Shown: piece after piece, positions 1 through 9,378 of the stretch
Numbering within the stretch: the stretch's first letter is position 1
How the letters are laid out: each line of letters starts with the position of its first letter
NCBI RefSeq assembly: GCF_001194135.2
Contig: NC_068995.1
Location: forward strand, 15,470,624-15,514,960
DNA: 44,337 nucleotides
Direction of reading: 5' to 3'
DNA from: Octopus bimaculoides
Lineage: Eukaryota
Position numbers and translations under genes: made by a program
The notes under the pieces: generated by a model
Told to the model about the DNA's origin: nothing
Database searches by the model: none
Seen by the model: only the letters and a program-made list of their open reading frames with translations

Positions 1-97
1 TGTATTTAATGATTCCGGAGGGACTCGATCCTGGTCTACCGTAGTAAAAATAACTCTAGATTATGCCCACAACAGCGTATATATGAATATGTATCTG

Positions 98-100
<3 letters not shown>

Positions 101-186
<86 letters not shown>
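101..186. repeat. (TA)n-(TG)n compound microsatellite
   Basis: Directly visible. Confidence 0.98.
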
Positions 187-189
<3 letters not shown>

Positions 190-964
190 ATGTCTCTGTG
201 CTTGTCTATATGTGTGTGTACATGTCTATGTTTCTGAAGCAGAAATGAGAGAGATAAGAAATCACATCACCTCACACACTGTAGTGATATCAAACGTGTG
301 ATATGAAGGTGTGTGTGATATGTAAGTGTGTTTGTACGTGTGTGATTGTATGATCATATACAATATTGATAGTGTGTACGGGTTGGGTGAATGTATATAT
401 GCATATGCGCATGCGTTTTGTGTGTTACGTACGTGAACTGTCTGAAAAATCATATGACCAACGTGTGTGCGTGTGTGTATGTAAAAAGGAGGGAGAGGAA
501 GAGAAAGAGAAAGGTAGAGTGTCTGTGCGTTCGCGTGCGTGTGAGTGTGCGTGCGCGTATCTGTGCGCGCGCGTGTGCGTATATGCCTTGTATCCGACCT
601 TCAATAGTGATAGTGTTCTTTGCTGTATGTATACATGTGCATTTTCTTTTCTCATCGTTTAGACATAAAAGACAAGCTGCGTTTATGACCCTTTTCCCCG
701 TCTATATTTTATTTTTTAGTGTCGAGATTAAAGGGGACTGGCTCGAATACTTGCAACAAGGTGAACGCCTTCACTAAAGGCACCCCAGGACCTGTTGATG
801 ATGTTAAAATCGGGTGACGGATAAAATTTACTCACCAATTAGTCACCGACAGGATTTGAACCCAGAACTTAACTTAAAACATCAGGTATGGCGCACTAAC
901 GAGTCCTGAAATCCTCCATCCCAGGTCGTTATTTTATTTATCGATCCCGAGAAAATGCACGGCA

Positions 965-1078
965 AGTTGGAGCTTTGCATGGCTGTTGTTGTTTAGGCCA
1001 ATGTTAGCCCTGATCAAGGGGTCTTATGACCAGAGCTGACATTGGCCTAAACAACAACAACCATACAAAGCTCCAACT
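965..1078. repeat. 48-bp inverted repeat with 18-nt spacer
   Basis: 965-1012 AGTTGGAGCTTTGCATGGCTGTTGTTGTTTAGGCCAATGTTAGCCCTG vs reverse complement of 1031-1078: 44/48 match. Confidence 0.95.
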
Positions 1079-1250
1079 GATCAAGGGGTCTTATAATCAC
1101 AGGAGTTTTAGCCTTGACCATCCTGTCTATTTTTCTAGACACATTTCATCGTTGAGTACATTATCCAATGTGCCCTTCATTCTTTTTAGGATAGGAAGGT
1201 TTACTGTCAGCAGAAACAGCTACGGTAGTGTACATCAGGGTAACTAATGA
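980..1250 (-). mobile_element. SINE 3' module (family D tail), rearranged
   Basis: Reverse complement matches the ...GGATGGTCA..GCTGGAATGCC..TGATCAGGGCT.AC.TTGGCCTAAACAACAAC tail also seen at 8410-8510 and 14170-14370. Confidence 0.6.
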
Positions 1251-1319
1251 CCATTTTGGTGATCACTAGTTATCCTGATGTGCACTACTGAAGTATCTGA
1301 TCAACCTAGTGTGGCCCTT

Positions 1320-1490
1320 AATAGTCCTTTCTATTGTAGACGCAAGGCCTGAAATTACATCGACCCCAGTACTTGACTGGTATTTATATCTTCGACCTCG
1401 ATGGTATTTAAACTCGGTACGTGAAGACGGACGAAATACCGCTAAGCGTTTTTGTCTGACATGCTAACCATTCTGTCAGCTCGCTGTCTT
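1320..1490 (-). mobile_element. tRNA-derived SINE, family B (degenerate)
   Basis: Reverse complement has GAGCTGACAGAAT..TTAGC..AAACGCTTAGCGGTATTTCGTCCGTC and TACTGGGGTCGATGTAAT motifs shared with other B copies. Confidence 0.75.
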
Positions 1491-1774
1491 AAACCTAATA
1501 GTAAAACAATCGCCCCCAAGATTTAAAAGAATTAAGACTATATCTACCAGGGAAACATGAAGAAAGGAGAGTTTCGAGGAAAGAAACTACTAGAGGAGAA
1601 ACACGTCTTAACATAGAGGGTAACAATAGTAAAAGGACGGGAACTATTAGAACTATTAGAAAGGTAAGTCACTCGATTAGTAAGCTCAAGAAGATCCAGA
1701 GAATAAAATTCATCGTAACAACTGATCTTAACCTCCAACTTGGATTTAAACTGAAAACAGTTTTCACAGTAATA

Positions 1775-2045
1775 CTGATTTCAAATGTTGGCATAAGGCC
1801 TGCAATTTTGGGAGAGGAGATGAGTCGATTACATCGACCCCATTGCATGGATGGTACTTATTTTATTGACTCCCAAAGGATGAAAGGCAAAGTCGACCTC
1901 GACGAAATTTGAACACTGAACGTAAAGCCGGAATAAATGCTGGTAAGCGTTTTGTCCGGCTCTAACGATTCTGCAAGCGTACTGCCGTAGTCATTACAGT
2001 ATAGTAATATTAAGTTTGTTTGCAAAACGGCGAGCTGGCAGAATC
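1775..2045 (-). mobile_element. tRNA-derived SINE, family B
   Basis: TTCAAATTTCGTCGAGGTCGACTTTGCCTTTCATCCTTT..GTCAATAAAATAAGTACCA...GGGGTCGATGTAATCGACT...TTTGAAATCAGTAT on the minus strand. Confidence 0.85.
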
Positions 2046-2569
2046 GTAAGTCACTTTGGATGGTCTTTGCATATATTAAGGGGTTTCTTTCGGTGTTAGA
2101 GGAAAAACAAAGGAGAGAGGAAGACAATCAGGTGCAGAGGTCAAGAGATTCAGCAGCAATGGGGTCCCCACTCCATTTGTGAGTTTCATGCTTGGTCATT
2201 GACTCCTTGTTGAATTACACACCCTTGTAGACAAGCATCGTGTTTTTGTTTGTATTGTCTGAAAGTCCATTCACATATCATACACAATGGTGACACCCAA
2301 GAGTGGAGTTACCATTTTAATCGCCAATAACCCGACTATGAAATAAATAGCTCTGATTACCCGCAGTAGAAAGTGTTTGATATGACCTGACATAAAAGTC
2401 CTAAGCAGCGGCAAATAACTTTTATTTGATTGACACACATACGTGTCAAATTGCATTACAGGTGTAAATACAAGGTGGACACATAATTTTGATACAGTAA
2501 ATAGTTTTCCCCCATTTATATACATATTGCTGTTATTTAGACATATTGCAACTTACTCTCTATTACACT

Positions 2570-2796
2570 TTTACTCTTTTAATTGTTTCAATCATTTGAA
2601 TGCGACCATGCTAGAACACCGCCTTTAGTCGTGCAAATCGACCTCAGGACTTATTCTTTGTAAGCCTGGTACTTATTCTATCGGTCTCTTTTTGCCGAAC
2701 CACAAAGTTACGGGGACGTAAACACACCAGCATCAGTTGTCAAGCGATGGTGGGGGGACAAACACAGACACACAAACACACACACACACACACACG

Positions 2797-2832
<36 letters not shown>

Positions 2833-2999
2833 CACATATATATGACGGGCTTCTTTCAGTTTCCGTCTACCAAATCCACTCACAAGGCTTTGGTCAGCTC
2901 GAGGCTATAATGGAAGACACTTGCCCAAGGTGCTACGGAGTGGGACTGAACACGGAACCATGTGGTTCGTAAGCAAGCTACTTACCACACTCCTGTGCC
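2570..2999 (-). mobile_element. tRNA-derived SINE, family A, near full length with internal (TA)n/(TG)n
   Basis: Reverse complement aligns end to end with 5587-6020 and 40145-40542. Confidence 0.92.
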
Positions 3000-3769
3000 T
3001 AGGTTAATTTTATCCTTCTTCATTGTAGTGGCCGTTAGTGTTATTACCAGTCATATACTGGGTCAATTATGACGACTACACTCTTATACCATTTATGGCG
3101 TTGGGTTTTGTCAAGTTTAAAAATCAAAATGTGCTAACTTCTTTAGCACTATCAGGGTAGCGAAAACTGCATCTTGAAATTCTTTCTTCTTTTGTACCAC
3201 ATTCGGCAATTAATTCCCTTCAGCATTCAGATCTTCTTTTAAATGTTCTCAGAATTCATACCCCACACCCACACAATAGAAACAAATTTGATTTTTATTC
3301 TTTGAGGATAACACGAATAAAAGCATTTCAAGTGAGAGAAAAGAGAAAAGGAAAAGAGAATGTTGTGTGGCGAACAGAAGCGGTTTAGAATGGTTGCAAG
3401 TTTGCATGTTTCAAATGTCTCTTTTTCTAGAAGCCGGAAGAAAGAAAACAAAATATAAAACAGAAACAATCCCCACCCCACCAAAAAAAAAGCTTGATTC
3501 TTCTTGTGTTCATTGATAACACCCAGAATACGTAATATACGCTTTATTTACTAGAAAATAAAACCCATGTTTCCTCGATGCCTTTTTCTAAAAATTCAAT
3601 CAGATTTTGGTTTCGCAGAAATTAGGCGTTGAGATGTTGAGATGGGATGGAATACGATATAATGTGAAATGGAATATTATTACTTGGTGTACCGTGAATA
3701 GCGAGGAACATTATATAACAAGATAATATAATATAATATTCAAGTGAAAGATATCAGCGTCACAACTAG

Positions 3770-3900
3770 TCCACGCTGGGAAAAACCTAGCGTAGTCGGT
3801 CAACCTGCTAAAAATTAACAGTCAAATCTCCCTGAAATCACACGTTAGAATATCGAAGAGGAAGGAACACGTTTGCTAATGTAACCCTTGATAATACAGC
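3770..3900 (+). mobile_element. SINE family D fragment
   Basis: CAACCTGCTAAAAATTAACAGTCAAATCTCCCTGAAATCACAC resembles the family motif CTGCTAGAAATAGCAGCCAAATCTCCCTCAAATCACAC. Confidence 0.5.
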
Positions 3901-4064
3901 AAACCGGATGAATCATTGTAAATCGAAGGGTTAAGCTATAGCAACTGCAACGACACTACAATTACCACCATCACCGCCATCATGAAGTTTTATAAGCAAT
4001 GTTTAGAATATTCTATGATAGCACAATAGAAGTGCATCCTCTAACACGTCCGCGTTGTTGTTGT

Positions 4065-4236
4065 TGTTGTTGTTGTTGTTGTTCTTCTTCTTCTTCTTCT
4101 TCTTCTTATTCTTCTTCTTCTTTTTCTTCTTCTTCTTCTTCTTCTTCTTTTTCTTCTCCTTTTTCTTTTTCTTCTGTTTCTTTTTCTTCTGTTTCTTTTT
4201 CTTCTTATTCTATTTCTTCTTCTACAACAACAACTA

Positions 4237-4292
<56 letters not shown>

Positions 4293-4379
4293 TTCTCTTC
4301 ATCCACCTTTCTCCTCTTCCTCCTTCTCCTCTTCTTCTTTTTCTTCTTTTTCTTCATTTTCTTCTTCTTTTTCTTCTTC

Positions 4380-4441
<62 letters not shown>
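4065..4441. repeat. Compound trinucleotide microsatellite (TTG)n-(TTC)n-(ACA/ACT)n-(CTT/CCT)n-(TTA)n
   Basis: Directly visible; source of the homopolymeric ORFs at 3999-4748. Confidence 0.98.
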
Positions 4442-4442
<1 letters not shown>

Positions 4443-4740
4443 CCCGCCTTCCCCCACTGCTTCCCTTCCTTCAAGCAGGTTGACCGACCTCGTTCAGCTT
4501 TCCTTGTGCATTGGGTCGACAGGAGGCTGATATTTCTCATTTCTCACTTGAATATTATATTATCCTATTATATAATATTCATCGCTATTCATGCTACACC
4601 AAATAATCTTCCATTGCATGTCATATCATATTCCATCCCATCTCATCCAGCATCTTACAAAATTTTCCAAATCACATCGCTACTATTCGAATCTAAATTC
4701 ATTCACATCCTACGCCTTATTTCTACGAAACCAAATCTGA

Positions 4741-4741
<1 letters not shown>

Positions 4742-4776
<35 letters not shown>
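4742..4776. repeat. (TAAA)n microsatellite
   Basis: Directly visible. Confidence 0.95.
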
Positions 4777-4814
4777 AAGAAGTCATTTAAGACTCATATA
4801 TTTTCCTTTCTGAT

Positions 4815-5085
4815 ATGGTTTCAAATTTTGGCTTCAGACCAGGAATGTCGATTATATTGCTCCCAGGCAATTTTGAGGGAAGATTTACTTTGCGCTAGTC
4901 GATTACATTATACCGCCCCTGCCCTCCACACGTCTTCAACTCGTACTTATTATATCGACCTCCGAAGGACGAATGACGAAGTCTACCTCGGCGGAATTTA
5001 AACTCAGAATGTAAAGAGCTGGAAGTAATGCCTGCCACCAAGCATTTTGTCCGACGCATTAACAGTTCTGCTAGTTCGTCGCTTA
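4815..5085 (-). mobile_element. tRNA-derived SINE, family B
   Basis: Minus strand: GCGACGAACTAGCAGAACTGTTAATGCGTCGGACAAAATGCTT...TTCTGAGTTTAAATTCCGCCGAGGTAGACTT...AAAATTTGAAACCATAT. Confidence 0.85.
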
Positions 5086-5480
5086 TTATTTTCATAATGT
5101 ACGAAGTCTGTCTATAAAGACAGCGTGCAAACCTGGCGGCTCAATGTGCTTGCGACAGCAGTGGTTTGTAAGGATGGCCTTGGACTCCATTCAGTGAACA
5201 AATAAAGGATTTGGAAGAACAACGTGTTTGTTAGAATTTCTGTTTCTAATTAAGAAAAACCATTTGTTAGGAATTTTCTAAAGTTACAATAGGCCCAAGG
5301 GGGAAGGATTGTTTGAGTAGCAAGCAAGTCCATGAAAACAGGGCATTGGAACAGGAAGGAGAATGAATAAAATACGAATAAGTTAAAAAAGATGGTGTAC
5401 ACACCACATTAAATTTGAACATGTTGCTGTTGCTTAGCTCCAGATTAACCTCGGTCGAGCAGACTTATGATTGAAGATTT

Positions 5481-6203
5481 GGCTCGCGATCGAAAGGTGG
5501 TGAGTTCGATTCCCGGCGGCACGTTGTGTCCTTCAGCAAGTCACTTTATTTCATGTTGCTTTAGTCGATTCAGCTGGTAAAAATGAGGCACAGGAGTGGC
5601 TGTGTGGTAAGTAGCTTGCTTACCAACCACATGGTTCTGGGTTCAGTCCTACTGCGCGGCACCTTGGACAAGTGTCTTCCACTATAGCCTCGGGCCGACC
5701 AAAGCCTTGTGAGTGGATTTGGGAGACGGAAACTGAAAGAAGCCCGTCGTATATATGTATATATATATATATGTATATGTATGTGTGTGTGTATATGTTT
5801 GTGCGTCTGTGTTTGTCCCCCCCCCCGCCAACATCGCTTGACAACCGATGCTGGTGTGTTTACGTCCCCGCAACTTAGCGGTTCGGCAAAGGAGACCGAT
5901 AGAATAAGTACTAGGCTTACAAAGAATAAGTCCTGCAGTCGATTTGCTCGACTGAAGGCGGTGCTCCAGCATAGCCGCAGTCAAATGACTGAAACAAATA
6001 AAAGAGTAAAGAGTAAAGAGTGACTGTAATTCAAAGGGCCAGCCTTGTCATATTCTGTGTTACGCTGAATCCCCCTGAGAACTTTGTTAAGGGTACGCGT
6101 GTCAGTTGAATGCTCAGCTAATTGCACGTTGATTTCACAAGCAGGCTGTTCCGTTGATCGGATGAACTGGAACTCTTCGCCATCGTAACCGACGGAGTCC
6201 CAC
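5481..6203 (+). mobile_element. tRNA-derived SINE, family C, split by a nested family A SINE
   Basis: 5481-5586 is the head (GGTGGTGAGTTCGATTCCCGG B-box; TGTGTCCTTCAGCAAGTCACTTTATTTC core). 6021-6203 is the presumed continuation (TTCAAAGGGCCAGCCTTGTCA...CGTAACCGACGGAGT). Continuity rests on my recollection of the family consensus. Confidence 0.7.
5587..6020 (+). mobile_element. tRNA-derived SINE, family A, full length and young
   Basis: A-box-like TGGCTGTGTGG, B-box-like GGTTCAGTCC, internal (TA)/(TG) tract and (AAAGAGT)n tail; highly similar to 40145-40542. May correspond to the published octopus OK/OR1/OR2 families (not verified). Confidence 0.93.
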
Positions 6204-6273
6204 AAAGAGATATATATAATCCTGCCATTTTCTTTTAGACTAGTGTATCTTGATCATTCACAATCGAACAGCA

Positions 6274-6433
6274 CAGTGGCGTGGCTAGAATGTGTGCCAC
6301 CCAAGGCACCCTTTGAATTTGCCACACACCCCTTACAAGTTTCTACAGCAGACCCAAAAGTTCCACATCTGCCATAAAAGTGCCGCCCGGGTGTAGCTAT
6401 CCCCTACCATCCTCACCCCAAGCTACTCTACTG
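6274..6433. mobile_element. Possible MITE remnant (CAGTGGCGT-type termini)
   Basis: Left CAGTGGCGTGGCT vs right AGCTACTCTACTG (about 10/13 inverted match); no convincing TSD. Confidence 0.35.
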
Positions 6434-6439
6434 AAACAA

Positions 6440-6560
6440 CCTCAAGGTAAAAGTAGTCTAGCCGTGACCACACCTTCATATCGCTATCTAAGCGTTAGAT
6501 TGTGATAGCAAGGAGATCTAGCTGCCATTTCTAGCAGGTTGAGTGATACCATAAAGAAGG
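6440..6560 (-). mobile_element. SINE family D fragment
   Basis: GGAGATCTAGCTGCCATTTCTAGCAGGTTGAGT is the reverse complement of the family motif. Confidence 0.5.
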
Positions 6561-6804
6561 ATGCCTCACTGGCTTGTTTTGAACATGTTTCAATTTGAGG
6601 GAAAACATTTGAAAAACGTAGAAGTGAAACGATATCTCAGTATTAAAAAGAATACAAATATAACCGTATGAAAATACGTGTACACGTGCTAAGTATGAAC
6701 GCTGTTATATGATATTAAATAAACAAATACAGAAAGAAGAGTGCAATATGATAGCTATAGATAAGATATCAATTAGTTTTGGCGGGGAAGTTCAGTTAAC
6801 ACTG

Positions 6805-7119
6805 CAGGGGTTCTTAACCGGGATGAGAAGTAATCGTACCCCGTAGGGATATGGAAACTAAAGGCTGTGGGAATTAGACTCGATCTCTTGTATCTTTTTC
6901 TGAAAATAAATATAGAGAAATTCTTATGATTTTGCTTCCTGTTCTGTCCCTGGTTATCCATATGTAAAGCATTGGTGTCTTTTGAAGTCATACTAGCACC
7001 TAAATAATTCCGATTATAAAGACGATTATGATGATTTTCATAGGCTGGCGAAGGAAGTGTAGGGACATTGTGGGTAATACTTTGAAGGTTTGTAATTGTA
7101 AAAAGGTTAGGAACCCCCC
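6805..7119. mobile_element. Non-autonomous hAT-like DNA transposon (MITE)
   Basis: Left CAGGGGTTCTTAACC and right GGTTAGGAACCCCCC form a degenerate 15-bp TIR resembling CAGGGGTTCTCAAC hAT/Charlie ends; 8-bp TSD not evident. Confidence 0.45.
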
Positions 7120-7611
7120 ACCCCATCAAAACGACTACATTTAGCTACAGTTTTCTTAAGTGCAGTATATTCAAAGTTGTATAATTCAAATATAAAGTTA
7201 GCGTAACTTATATACGCCACGGTTTCGCATATGAAATATTTAAAATTTTAGAAAATGAATTGGTTGAGTAGGTTATAACCTCCGGTGTGAGGATTAAACA
7301 GGAGATAATGGTGGTTTGATAAGCGAATATAGATTTAAATATTGGTTAAGATGAACAGTGGAATCAACTTCAAGATCAAGGGTGTAATAGAAATGCAGTT
7401 TTAAGGCTACATGCGTAGTGCTTAAGTAGTGCAGAATGCATATACAATGAATACAGTATATCCATAATCAAAAATATACTTGAGGATCCAAGAAGGAGTG
7501 TTTAACATTGAAATTAATACATGTTGGAACAAGAGGGGGTTCTGGCTGAAATAGAATAAGTACAATGTTCAAAATCCATCACATACATACATACATAGCT
7601 ACATACATAGC

Positions 7612-8035
7612 AATTTGGGATAGAGAAGACTAACTGTGTATAGTTGTGGAAATTAGTTGCTCAGAGGATGTTAACATAAAGCTAAAGATCAGTGAAAAAG
7701 AGAATACCTACGCTGAACTATAGAGGAATCCGCAGTTACTCTATCCAGATAACAAGTTCAACTTTATACCTGTAATAATTGGGGCTGTGGGATATGTAAT
7801 ACACTGCCTAATTACCAATCTTGAGAAATTAGGCTTCTCAAAACCAGAAAGAAGAAAGCTGATGCGAAGACTATAAATCCAAGCCATCATTGGAACTGTA
7901 AAAATCTGTAAAACTTTCCAGAAGTTTATCACTTAAGTATATATGAGCATGTCCAGACATGCAACTAAATACATGAGAATACAAAAATAAAACAAAACAC
8001 ATAAATCTGCACATATACATACATACATGTATGCA
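7612..8035 (+). mobile_element. 5'-truncated RLE-type non-LTR retrotransposon (endonuclease C-terminus plus part of 3' UTR)
   Basis: One frame 7613-7936 reads IWDRED*LCIVVEISCSEDVNIKLKISEKENTYAEL*RNPQLLYPDNKFNFIPVIIGAVG...L*IQAIIGTVKICKTFQKFIT*. This matches the RLE E/D-x-S/A-C-P...K...Y..L and IPxxIGAxG signature, with 3 internal stops and no frameshift. Confidence 0.8.
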
Positions 8036-8052
8036 AACATACTATATATGGA

Positions 8053-8088
<36 letters not shown>

Positions 8089-8246
8089 TACATACATGCA
8101 TACATACATACATACATGCATGCATACATACATACATACGTACATACGTACGTGAGCAGGCCAACATTCCTCTTCATCGGAAGGCTACTCTCTCGCAGGG
8201 TTATCCATATGCAGGTGAGCAGACTCTAAATACATACATACATACA

Positions 8247-8280
<34 letters not shown>

Positions 8281-8340
8281 CATATCTATACACTCATATA
8301 TACATACATTTATACGTACATACATACACACACGTATATA
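8035..8340. repeat. (CATA)n tetranucleotide arrays interrupted by a 79-bp unique island
   Basis: Directly visible; a shorter (CATA)n tract also lies at 7581-7610. Confidence 0.95.
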
Positions 8341-8409
8341 CGTCTGTGTATGAATACATTTACATAGGTACATGCGTATAATCCCTTATGTATGATACAT
8401 ATGTACATA

Positions 8410-8560
8410 TCCACACACATATGTTTATATGTTTCTCAACCAGGATGGTCATAATTGGAATGCGTTTAGTCGGGCCCACTAGATCAGTATTGACCTAAGT
8501 CTAAACAACGATGACGACGACGACGACGACGATGACGATGATGATGATGATGATGATAAT
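8410..8560 (+). mobile_element. SINE family D 3' tail running into (ACG)n(ATG)n
   Basis: GGATGGTCATAATTGGAATGCG...AGATCAGTATTGACCTAAGTCTAAACAACGATGACGACG. Confidence 0.55.
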
Positions 8561-8840
8561 TACGACAAAGATGTCGAGATACAGCTGCAAAGCTTAAATC
8601 GACGTCAAAAATAAAATGGTCCAACACTAATCTCCTTAAATGAGGTGGAAACGACTTCATGAAGATCCGAAATATGTACTGCATCAAATACGTTGACCAA
8701 CTAAGCAGTTTGACCAATTGACTAATATAGCAAGAAGGAATAGTTCTGCTCAGATAGTAATGTGTATTCTATTGAGTGTAAACCTTGTGAATTCTCATTT
8801 AATTAGCAGTTCATCAATCGTCTTCGTTTAGAGTTTTGTT

Positions 8841-8874
<34 letters not shown>

Positions 8875-9378
8875 GCACATGCACAGAAATGCACATACAC
8901 ACACTCGCATTTATACAAACAGATATATTAGTACATATATATATATATATATATATANNNNNNNNNNNNNNNNNNNNNNNNNNNNNNNNNNNNNNNNNNN
9001 NNNNNNNNNNNNNNNNNNNNNNNNNNNNNNNNNNNNNNNNNNNNNNNNNNNNNNNNNNNNNNNNNNNNNNNNNNNNNNNNNNNNNNNNNNNNNNNNNNNN
9101 NNNNNNNNNNNNNNNNNNNNNNNNNNNNNNNNNNNNNNNNNNNNNNNNNNNNNNNNNNNNNNNNNNNNNNNNNNNNNNNNNNNNNNNNNNNNNNNNNNNN
9201 NNNNNNNNNNNNNNNNNNNNNNNNNNNNNNNNNNNNNNNNNNNNNNNNNNNNNNNNNNNNNNNNNNNNNNNNNNNNNNNNNNNNNNNNNNNNNNNNNNNN
9301 NNNNNNNNNNNNNNNNNNNNNNNNNNTTATATATATATATATATATATACTTATATATATATATATATATATATTATA

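Noticed and set aside
3999-4748. Long ORFs with poly-L/S/F/N/K runs (also 12123-12670, 30647-31753, 33374-33629, 41133-42080)
   Set aside because: Translations of stop-free microsatellites, not proteins.
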